Part shown: positions 11,183 to 22,325 of the stretch, piece after piece
How positions within the stretch are numbered: the first letter of the stretch is position 1
Layout: the number at the start of each line of letters is the position of its first letter
Source of the DNA: Felis catus
Lineage: Eukaryota
Direction of reading: 5' to 3'
DNA length: 64,000 bases
NCBI RefSeq assembly: GCF_018350175.1
Contig: NC_058368.1
Span: 88,538,001 to 88,602,000, forward strand
Position numbers and translations under genes: made by a program
Notes under the pieces: generated by a model
Databases searched by the model: none
What the model was told of the DNA's origin: nothing
The model's input: only the letters and a program-made list of their open reading frames with translations

Positions 11183-14100
11183 CTTATTGAAAATAAGGGG
11201 ATGGGGAACCATCTATCATGCTAATGGTCAACAAAAGAAAGCCAGAGTTGCCATACTTATATCAGACAATCTAGACTTTAAAATAAAGACTGTATCAAGA
11301 GATGCAGAAGGGCATTATATCAGAATCAAGGGGTCTATCCACCGAGAGGACCTAACAATTTTAAACATTTATGTGCCAAATGTGGCCGCACCCAAATATA
11401 TAAATCAATTAATCAGAAACATAAAGAAACTCATTGATAGTAATACCTTAAAAGTAGGAGACTTCAACACCCCACTCATAGCAATGAACAGATCATCTAA
11501 TCAAAAAATCAACAAGGAAACAATGACTTTGAATGACACACTGGACCAGATGGACTTAACAGATATTTTCAGAACATTTCATCCTAAAGCAGCAGAATAT
11601 ACATTCTTCTCCAGTGCACATGGAACGTTCTCCAGAATAGACCATATACTGGGACACAAATCATCCCTAAGTAAGCACAAAAAGATCAAGATTATACCAT
11701 GCATATTTTCAGACCACAACACTATGAAACTAGAAATCAACCACAAGAAAAACTTTGGAAAGGTAACAAACACTTGGAGACTGAAGAACATCCTACTAAA
11801 GAATGAATGGCCTAACCAAGCAGTTAAAGAGGAAATTAAAAAGTATATGGAAGTCAATGAAAATGATAACACCACAACCCAATACCTCTGGGACACAGCA
11901 AAGGCAGTCATAAGAAGAAAGTATATAACAATTCAGGCCTTCCTAAAGAAGGAAGAAAGATCTCAGATACACAACCTAACCTTACGCCTTAAGGAGCTGG
12001 AAAAAGAATAGCAAATAAGACCCAAAACCAGCAGAAGACAGGAAATAATAAAGATTAGAGCATAAATTAATGCTATTGAAACAAACAAACAAAAAAACAA
12101 TAGAACAGATCAATGAAACCAGAAGCTGGTTCTTTGAAAGAATTAACAAAATTGATAAACCACTAGCCAGTTTGATCAATTACAAAAAGGAAAGGACCCA
12201 AATAAATAAAATCAAGAATGAAAGAGGAAAGATCACAACCAACACAACAGAAATAAAAACAATAATAAGAGAATATTATGAGAAATTATATGCCAATAAA
12301 AGGGCAATCTGGAAGAAATGGACAAATTCCTAGAAACATATACACTACCAAAACTGAAACAGGAAGAAATAGAAAATTTGAACAGAACCATAACCAGTAA
12401 GGAAATTGAATTAGTAATGAAAAATCTGCCAAAATGCAAGAGACCAGGGCCAGATGGCTTCCCAGGGGAACTCTACCAAATATTTAAGGAAGAGTTAACA
12501 CCTATTCTCTTGAAACTGTTCCAAAAAATAGAAATGGAAGGAAAACTTTCAAATTCTTTCTATGAAGCCAGCATACCTTGATTCCAAAACCAGAGACCCC
12601 ACTAAAAAGGACACCTATAGACCAATTTCCCTGATGAACATGGATGCAAAAATCCTCAACAAGATATTAGCCAACTGGATGCAACAATACATTGAAAAAA
12701 GTATTCACCACGACCAAGTGGGATTTATATCTGGGATGCAGGCCTGGTTCAATATCCACAAAACAATTAACGGGATTCATCACATCAATAAAAGAAAGGA
12801 CAAGAACCATATAATCCTCTCAATAGATGCAGAGAAAGCATTTGATTAAATACAGCATCCTTTCTTGATAAAACCCTCAAGAAAGTAGGGATCGAAGGAG
12901 CATACCCTGAGATCATAAAAGCCATATATGAACAACCCAACGCTCATGTCATCCTCAATGGGGAAAAACTCAGAGCTTCCCGCTTAAGGTCAGGAACAAG
13001 ACAGGGGTGTCCACTCTTGCCACTGTTATTCAATATAGTATTGGAAGTCTTAGCCTCTGCAATCAGACAACACACAAAAAAATAAAAGGCATCCAAATTG
13101 GCCAGGAGGAGGTCAAACTTTCACTCTTCATAGATGACATGACACTCTATATGGAAAACCCGAAAGATTTCACCAAAAAACTGCTAGAACTGATTCATGA
13201 ATTCAACAAAGTTGCAGGATATAAAATCAATGCACAGAAATAGGTTGTGTTCCTATACACCAACAATGAAGCAACAGAAAGAGAAATCAAGGAATCTACC
13301 CCATCTACAGTTGCACAAAAAAACATAAAATACCTAGGAATAAATCTCACCAAAGAGGTGGAAAATCTATACACTGAAAACTATAGAAAGTTTATGAAAG
13401 AAATTGACGAAGACACAAAAAAATGGAAAAATATTCTATGCTCCTGGATAGGAAGAACAAATATTGTTAAAAGGTCGATACTACCCAAAGCAATCTACAT
13501 GTTCAATGCAATCCCTACAAAATAATACCAGCATTCTTCATGGAGTTAGAACCAATAATCCTACTATTTACATGGAAACAGAAAATATCCCAAATAGCCA
13601 AAGCGATCTTGAAAAAGAAAACCAAAGCAGGAGGCATCACAATCCTGGACTTCAAGCTATACTACAAAGCTGTAATCATCAAGACAGTATGGTACTGGAA
13701 CAGGAACAGACACTTAGATCAATAGAACAGAATAGAGAACCAAGAAATGGACCCACAAACGTATAACCAACTAATCTTGGACAAAGCAGGAAAGAATATC
13801 CAATGGAATAAAGACAGTCTCTTCAGCAACTGGTGCTGGGAAAACTGGACAGCAACATGCAGAAGAATGAACCTGGACCACTTTCTTATACGATACACAA
13901 AAATAAACTCAAAATGGATGAAAGACCTCAATGTAAGACAGGAAGCCATCAAAATCCTCGAGGAGAAAGCAGGCAAAAACCTCTTTGATCTTGCCCGCAG
14001 CAACTTCTTACTCAACACATCTCCATAGGCAAGGGCAACAAAAGCAAAAATGAACTACTGTGAACTCATCAAAATAAAAAGCTTCTGCACAACGACGGAA

Positions 14101-14830
14101 ACAATCAGCAAAACTAAAAGGCAACCGACGGAATGGGAGAAGATATTTGCAACTGACATATCAGATAAGGGATTCGTTTCCAAAATCTACAAAGAAATTA
14201 TCAAAAGCAGCACCCAAAAAAACCAAATAATCCAGTGAAGAAATGGGCAAAAGACATGAATAGACACTTCTCCAAGGAAGACATCCAGATGGCCAACCGA
14301 CACATGAAAAAACGCTCAACATCACTCATCATCAGGGAAATACAAATCAAAACCACCATGAGATACCACCTTACACCTGTCAGAATGGCTAACATTAACA
14401 ACTCAGGCAACAATAGATGTTGGCGAGGATGCGGAGAAAGAGGATCTCTTTTGCATTGTTGGTGGGAATGCAAGCTGGTGCAGCCACTCTGGAAAACAGT
14501 ATGGAGGTTCCTCACAAAACTAAAAATAGAAGTACCATACAACCCAGAAATTTCACTCTAGGCATTTATCCACGGGATACAGGTGTGCTGTTTCGAAGGG
14601 ACACATGCACCCCCATGTTTATATCAGCACTAATGAGCCCAAATGTCCACTGATGGATGAATGGATTAAGAAGATGTGGTATATATATATATATATAATG
14701 GAGTATTACTCAGCAATCAAAAAGAATGAAATCTTGCCATTTGCAACTACATGGATGGAACTGGAGGGTATTATGCTAAGTGAAATCAGTCAGAGAAAGA
14801 CAAACATCATACGACTTCACTCATATGAGG
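11183..14830 (+). pseudogene. L1 ORF2 remnant (endonuclease lacking its N-terminus, RT, Cys-rich domain)
   Basis: ORF track fragments 11145-12011, 12318-12849, 13007-13525, 13747-14561 are typical ORF2 peptides; disrupted by several stops and frameshifts. Confidence 0.92.
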
Positions 14831-16737
14831 ACTTTAAGAGACAAAACAGACAAACATAAGGGAAACAAAAATAATATAAAAACAGGGAGGGGGACAAAAC
14901 AGAAGAGCTCATAAATATGGAGAACAAACTGAGGGTTACTGGAGGGGTTGTGGGAGGGGGATGGGCTAAATGCGTAAGGGGCACTAAGGAATCTACTCCT
15001 GAAATCATTGTTGCACTATATGCTAACTAATTTGGATGTAAATTTTAAAAAGTTAAAAATAAAATTAAAAAAATAAATAAAGTGAGTTACAGGGAGAAGG
15101 GTCATAGAGGTTGTTGGAGAGAAATGACAGGAATCCCATTTGACCAGGTGCTGAAGAAGATGTGTACACATGTCTCACACCAGCAAGGTGGCCCTATCCT
15201 TTCTCATCCTCATTCACCAAGGAGCCCAATAACGTGGTAATTGTGGGCAAGGTGGGCTCAGGTGATCTGGGTTCTCCTGATTTGACTCTTTGTAATGAAC
15301 CCCATCAATCAAAATTATGCTCTGTAGATAAAATTTCTTGGACAACCTTGCTTCCACCACTCAGTTTCTGGAGTACACAATGACATTCATATATCCAGCA
15401 GTCTCCTTTTTATTTTTGTTTCTTTCTTGGAAACATACACATGGTAATAAAAAATTCTATCAAAATAGATACTTTTCACAAGATTTACCCTCTAAAGGAA
15501 ACTCAAATTATAATTTGGCTCTGTTTATATTCATACTGTCTTAGAATAACTATCTTAAGTTCTTTACTTGTAAATCCCTTCTTCAGACTACATCGAGACC
15601 CTCTTGCCAATGGCAGATGGACACAAATGTGAGTGGCGATTGTCCAGTCACACTATTGAGATTCTCTTTCCCCACTTTGCAGTACACAATGTACCCTTCT
15701 GTGCTCTTTGGAAGACAGCCAAGTGCTTACACTGATGCTCAGTCTCTGAAGAAGATCTCGTTTGTCTCTGAGTTCCACTTTTTGCCCAGTACACACAACT
15801 ACAGCTAGGTTCTGGGTTGGGGGGTGATGATTTTCCATCTGAGAAAGACAGGCTCATTATCAACAACAGTACCTAAAGATAAATGTCAGATCCCATTCTA
15901 AACAGGTGGCAAAAGAAGGAATGACTTCTCCCCAGCTAGTCTTGTCATTTTCTGCTTTCTTCAATTCCTTATGGATCTGTGTGTGGCAGGTGACTGCACT
16001 GAAAGCCACCTGCAGAAGGAAGAGACCCTGCCCCAGCACACTGTGACTCAAGTGACGTTGGGAAGACTCATTGTGGAGCCTCAGATGAAGAGTGTTGTCT
16101 GAGAAGAAACTGGCAAGAATGATGTATCATGACCAATCATGCCACAAGACCTACCAGGAGGTGAGGTCCTATTATCACTGCCTCTGTGACAGATATTGTA
16201 TGAGGTGAGATTTCTTTTCCTGGTACATTTACATGTGTTGGGCATAGAATGAACACTTTTAAATTTTATTATTTGATGCACTTTTATATGCATAAACACT
16301 CTTGATGTAATAGTGACGGGATTTTTTATTGAGATAGTCAACATCATTACTTTGGGAAGTATACTTCCATCTAGAAAAACACACCATACAGAAAATTCAC
16401 TCATACAAGTGCACACGCACACACACAAGCACTGAGAGTTACAGCACATGGATACAGCACATGTAGACACACCTACCTCCCCGCACACAAACCTACACAA
16501 CCTAATGGCACTATGGCTGCTTCCAGGGGCACTATAGTGTGACCATAGGTCTTTTCCAGGAAAACCCCTATGGACTGCCATGTGTCTTTTTCTTATTCCA
16601 GCAGAAGCTGGAATCAGGGTGGCTCTGCACAAGAAGCCTGCAAGAAAGCCCCACCTTTCTCATCTTCCAGATTTCTCCTCACCAAGTGAAGGTCTCCAGA
16701 ATACATACCACTTTCACATTCCAGAAGGGTGCACCCT

Positions 16738-17080
16738 TTTAAAAATCTTTCAGTGTTTATTTATTTATTCTTTTTTAATATGAAATTTGTTGTCAAATTG
16801 GTTTCCATACAACACCCAGTGCTCATCCCAAAAGGTGCCCTTCTTAATACCCATCACCCACCCTCTCCTCCCTCCCATGTTTATTTATTTTTGAGAGAGA
16901 GACACACAGAGTGCAGTTGGGGAAGGGGAAGAGAGAGAGTGAGACACGGAATCCGAAGCAGGCTCCAAGCTCTAAGCTACCAGCACACACCCCTATGTGG
17001 GGCTCAACCTCACACACCATGAAATCATCACCTGAGCCCAGACTGGACACTTAAATGACTCAGCCACCCATGCACTCCCC
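16738..17080 (-). mobile_element. Older Can-SINE with a short L1 3' end inserted in its tail
   Basis: SINE body 16878-17080 (gagagagagacacacagag...cagccacccatgcactcccc); tail split by L1 fragment. Confidence 0.85.
16767..16877 (-). mobile_element. ~110-bp L1 3' terminal fragment, same type as 8732-9470
   Basis: Near-identical to 8763-8860 (aatatgaaattt..gtcaaattggtttccatacaacacccagtgctcatcccaaaaggtgccc); 13-bp TSD tgtttatttattt at 16754-16766 and 16878-16890. Confidence 0.9.
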
Positions 17081-18189
17081 AAGTCAGATTGGAAAAATGA
17101 TATCCAAGAATGAAAATTGGCTGCTGGAGAAAAACTCACTATCCTGCAGACGGTACCTGATACTGCTATTTTGAAACACCCTTGTAATCATGTATCTGTT
17201 GGCAATAGACTCTCACTGGACATTCTCCCTATAAAGTAAGTTGTATTTACCAACAGGTGTGCACATTCTGAGTATTTCATACCTTAATTTAATTTAAGGA
17301 GAAATAAAGCAACCTTTACTCTTATACAAAGAAAGGCAAGCTTACTATGGGAAGTCCATGTGGTGTCTCTGTCTCCCATGTCACTGGAAACTTCATCCAT
17401 CAGGACATTGATGGAACCTAAGAAAATATGCACATAGTTTCAGGATGCCAGTGGGACTGCTCAGGAATTGTTCCAGGGGCTTTGCTTGTTGGGGTCAAAG
17501 GATACAAGTATATGGAGATGGGTAGTTCCTGAGTATCAACTGACCTGCTGCTGGGCGATCCTTGGTAGATAAAGGAAGGTAGAGGAAAGGAGCAGGAAAA
17601 AAAATAGAAACAGGGCCTCTGAATTTTAGCTGCAGGGAATCTCATTAATGTGAAATATTGCCAACACTGAGATGCATGCTATGTTTTGCTGATGAGTCCT
17701 ATGACCCTAATGCCTGTTTGAAGTTCAGGAAATGATCCTGCATTGTGCACATTTTCAAGACAATGTGTTTGCCCTGACTGTCCAGGAGATATGCAACCAG
17801 GGAGGTGTGAACAATCCTCACTGCCAAAGTTTACTCTGGGTTCCTGTTTGCCACAGTCCTTTCAGTATACACTACAAGGTTTGAATACGTCTTAAGGCTT
17901 ATGATACTGTTATGAAATTGACTCGAAAACTTCCTGATTCTTTGCTGCCTAGACCCCACATCACAGATGCTGTTAAGTGTGAAAGATGTTTGGCCATTTA
18001 TTTCTCCTTTATCTCCATCTCCAGAAAGGGAATATCAAACAAACTTTCAGGTGCAGCTGTTCTGAGGGAAGAATGTGCTGTTGTAGGCTGTTTATGCAGT
18101 GAGCCTGACTTATAGTCCTGGAAATTGGATACCTGCATTGTTGTGTGTAAGCACATATCTTCTGAATAAACACACACTCCACACACCCA

Positions 18190-18270
18190 CATCACATCAC
18201 ATCACATCACATCACATCACATCACATCATCACATCACATCACATCACATCACATCACATCACATCACAT
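18190..18270. repeat. (CACAT)n pentanucleotide microsatellite
   Basis: Direct reading: cacatcacatcacat... about 16 units with one slip. Confidence 0.97.
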
Positions 18271-19920
18271 TGAAACAACCCACGACCCTCATACACAAAA
18301 ACCACACTACCTAAATGGCCTCTGTGCTGTCCAGACCTGTAGAACATGGTTATATTGTTTTACCATACAATCAGTTTTTCTCACAAAACCCCATCCTCCA
18401 CTCCCAGCAGGAACCCAGAAATCAGGATTCTCTCCAGACCAAAACAGATGAGAAAGGCTCACCCTCATAGTCAGCAAGAGTTGTTCTCAACAAGATTCCA
18501 ATTCTAGAATATATACTGTGAACAGTTACTGTGGCCTCACCCTGGAATTACAGAAAAGGCAACACTATAAGATTCACATCATCCTTTGCACAGGGTTTAC
18601 ATGTGGATTTTGTTCCCTTGGTGATGTTAGGAGCTAGTCGGGATGCAGATTTTGAGTCAGTGACTTCAAACAATCATATAAAGTCACCTATGAAAAGTCT
18701 CCCAATTTCTGGGTCACTTCTCACAAGTGACTTTAATTAGTGAATACAAAATTTGTTTCCACAGAAGAAGATTATCTCCCAACAAATGCTTATTACCATA
18801 CAGTTTCCAACTGGTTTTGTCATTATTATTTTTTTTCTCTTGGGAAATCATATCATTTGGTGAAAGAATCTCAGGAAAAACCCTCAGCAACAGGAAATTA
18901 TATATATCCTCTCAGATGGACATGCACAGATGCTCATATCTTAATTCCCTTGAAATTGTAGTAAAGTAATGGTGCTCCTTCAGATACAGAAAATATATTT
19001 ACCTCAGGAAGTGTTATGGGTACTTCCTCTGCATTTGTTCTGGGAAACTCTTGCATCAGGCCCTTGGGATGAGCTAGGAGGAACCAGAGCAACCATCAAG
19101 ACACTGGTGGGGGCAGCTTAGGAACTAGTCAGAGGTTTTATTGATTGAATCTGAGGTGAGTGTGTGCATATAAGTGAATAGTAATTATGGACTGTGCTGC
19201 AGCTGGGCATTCTCTAGGGGGACCAAGGGTGGCACAGAAGAGGAACAAGATAGAAAAGAGCAACAGGGCTCTTGTCTTTCTAGAAGAGATGATCCTGGTG
19301 CAGATGAGATAGTTTTTGAAAATCGTGGGAACCCTGAAGGGCCTTGTATGTCAAGATTGAGTCTCATAGCCTCTCTTGATTGTTTGAAGTTCAGCCAGGT
19401 TATCACTGTCTGAATCTTTGAAAATCTGTTCTTCCGCCAGAATCCCCATCGTGTATTTGCTAGGATTTTGTATTCATCATATCTACTTTGGAATTTGTAC
19501 TTGGCGAAAAGCAACCTTGAATGTGAAGCTGTATTTCATCCTAGGAAAAGAATCCTCTGAGATTTCCTCATTAATCATTTGTCTTAAAGATTATTACATC
19601 TACAAGCCTTGAATATACTGACATCTCACCATGTGAAAGGAAACACTATCAATCCCCTAATACACTCCTCCCACTTTTCTTTGGTCTATACAAATTATGT
19701 GTGTCCAGTAAGTCAGTGGCTGTCCATCATGGCCCACGCCTTCCAACAAATAAGAAGTTCCTTACTTAGGAGAGGCCTGGAATGAGCACTGAAAAATCTC
19801 TACTATTGCCATGAAGGTGGTTTGAAATAAGAGTGCTAGACACATAGCTTACCACCCAGTTTTACTTTGAGTTCCTGTTTCAGAATGGCCTATGCGTATA
19901 TGATTACAGTATAGTAATTC

Positions 19921-20128
19921 TTTCCTTTTGTGTTAAGGTTTATTTCTTTTATTTTAGAAAGTGCATAAGAGGGGTAAGAGCAGAGACAATGAGAGAGAAC
20001 ATGCAAGCAGGCTCTGTGCTGTCAGCATAGAGATTGACATGGGGCTCAATCTCCAGAACCATGACAACATAACCTTGGCCGAAATAAAGAGTCAGATGCT
20101 GAACTGACTGTGCCACACAAAAGGACCC
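19921..20128 (-). mobile_element. Old diverged Can-SINE
   Basis: gcaagcaggctctgtgctgtcagc...ggggctcaatctc...gccgaaataaagagtcagatgctgaactgactg. Confidence 0.85.
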
Positions 20129-21699
20129 AGAATTGGAGCATTTATAATGCTTACAGAAATGTTACCAAATACACTAAGTTATCTCTCTGTTCCTTTCCTG
20201 CTATTGGCCATGTATAAGCAATGCCCCCAGCTATGAGAGATGCAGGCCTACACTGTCCTCCATGCAGTGCCACACCTTCCAGAATCTCTGGGCTACCAGA
20301 AGAATGTGGCCTTTCTACGTGCATGTGAGACCAACGACATGTCCAAATCATCTGCACCTTCTTCTGTGCTCTGCTTATGTGACCATTTAGGCCACTGTGT
20401 AGGTTTGGTAAGTGGTTGAGCTTTGTAGAGTCTAGCACTTCCAGGTAGCTATACATTGCTAAAATTCCTTTCCTGTGTGACTAATGGTGTGATGGCTGAA
20501 TGCCAGGTACAGATCAGTAGTCCAGAGAAACTGGGGACTGACTCCTGTGTTCATACCTTGGCTTTCCACGTAATAGGACAAGGGTTTGGGTCATACAGAA
20601 TACATGGTCATAGTGCTTTACTGGACATTCTCTCTCCATACACCTTAACCATCATTTCCAGGAGGAACCCAGAATCAGGACGCAACCTTCTTTATCCCTT
20701 AGTTTTCCCCAAAGACTGATTTTCCTGAATATGTACACTTTTCCTTTGCCCCAGTGTTGACCTATAGTTGAGAAAATAAAACACGGTGAAGATCACACCA
20801 TCTTATACACTTTGGCACAGGTCTTTTGTTTGGTGAAGATCAGGAAATAAAAGACTGGGTACGGTGGTTGAGTCACTGCCCACCCCCAAGTTAAGGAGGA
20901 CACATGTAAGGATTTTGAGCTTTTTATGGCAGATGTGTCAAGTTCATTCTTATCATCAAATGCAAAATTCTTTTTAGGAGGAACATGTCCTGCTGAGGAA
21001 AGTGTTCGCTTGCATAGAGTTTGAAATGGGGGCTGTCATGTTTTATTGCCCTTTTGTAGCTGCTGTCACTTTGTAATACACTTTCGTTCAGCATTCCCTC
21101 AAGCAAGGAAACTGCATATCTCATGGTTAAGGTTGTCAGATTTACCTCTCTGGATTGGATTGAAGAGGTAAGAAAAGAGTAACATTTTTATCTCAGAGAA
21201 AGTGAGGTGAGACTACCTCGGAACAAAATGGGACCACTTCCTCTGCCCTGTCTCCGAGAAGGTCTTCAATTGGCCCCTATCTGGCATCTGGGAGGACACA
21301 GAGTACCTGCCAGGACATTGCTTGTGCTGCTCATGAATGACTCAGGGAGTTTTGCTTGAGTGGACACGGAGCCATAGTGCATGAATGTGATTCTTGAATG
21401 AGAAAGACCTGAGATGCTGGTCCAATGTGCTTTGTGGATAAAGAAAGAGGAGAGGTGAGAAGGAAGGAAACGAGAAAGAGAGCTTTTGCTTTCAAGCCAA
21501 AGAGATCTACTCGGTGTGAAATCACTAGTCTCAAATAGGGAAACACTCAATGCACAATGTGTTTCAGTGACAGAGTCCCCTGACTTGTCCTGCCCACTTG
21601 AAAGGAGAGCCACTTTCCCATTAATTCACCTGCTACAGGACCATTTCAACTTCCAGGCCTGCATATACACTGCTACCAAATTTGTCTTCTATTCTGTTG

Positions 21700-22060
21700 C
21701 ATTATTAGATTTGTATTGAATGAAATACACACCAGTTTGATCCTTCTATGACTGTGCAAGTACACACTGAATGGCATTCTTTACATGAATAACGTCATGG
21801 ACTCAGGACTAATATCTCATATAGGTGTATGTTTTTCCAGATGTGTCTTCTTTCAAAAAGCGTATTATTTATTCAAGGTCCATCCATTTTGTAGTATATT
21901 GTAAAATTTCTGTTTTTTTATGTCTGAATAATTTTCCATTATCTGCATGGATCATAGTTTATCCTCTCATCACTTGATGGACTTTTCGGTGGTGTCTCTA
22001 AGGCTACTGGGAATAGTGCTGTCGTGAACATTTGGTTCACAATTTCTGTCTGTTACTGTA
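21700..22060 (-). mobile_element. Old L1M 3' fragment
   Basis: ttcaaggtccatccattttgtag...tgaataattttccatt...ttgatggac...aatagtgctgtcgtgaacatt matches reverse-complement L1M 3' motifs. Confidence 0.7.
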
Positions 22061-22074
22061 ATGGGTATACTTGC

Positions 22075-22325
22075 CATTCTGCATTTGTCAATCGCATAGA
22101 ATCCTAAAGCACATAGAAGGTCTTTCAACATAAACTTCAGACTTGATGTCATAAGAAGTATTGATGTTCTTTCATGAATTGTGACATATGTAATACCCTC
22201 ATGTAAGATGTTGTCAATGGGGGAAAGTGGAGGGGTGGTATATTGGAACTTGCTGAATCATTTGTTCAAACTTTATGTTAGGTGAACCTGTTGTCAATCA
22301 TGACTACTATTTTCAAAAAATCTGG
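22075..22325 (+). mobile_element. Old L1MC/MD-type 3' end fragment
   Basis: catttgtcaa..cataga...aattgtgacatatgtaataccctcatgtaagatgtt...ggtatattggaact. Confidence 0.6.

Larger units (their letters stand above)
7201..15081 (+). mobile_element. Near full-length carnivore LINE-1 (5'UTR, ORF1, ORF2, 3'UTR, polyA), inactivated
   Basis: 5' ggaagatgg start, GC-richer 5'UTR, ORF1 and ORF2 peptides ([31 protein letters not shown]...[11 protein letters not shown]), A-rich tail ~15045-15081. Contains nested L1 and SINE. No TSD found. Confidence 0.95.

Noticed and set aside
16039..16045. Reverse RSS heptamer cactgtg
   Set aside because: No nonamer at 12 or 23 bp and no adjacent V or J sequence.
18099..18314. 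His-rich ORF (HHITS repeats)
   Set aside because: Product of the (CACAT)n microsatellite.
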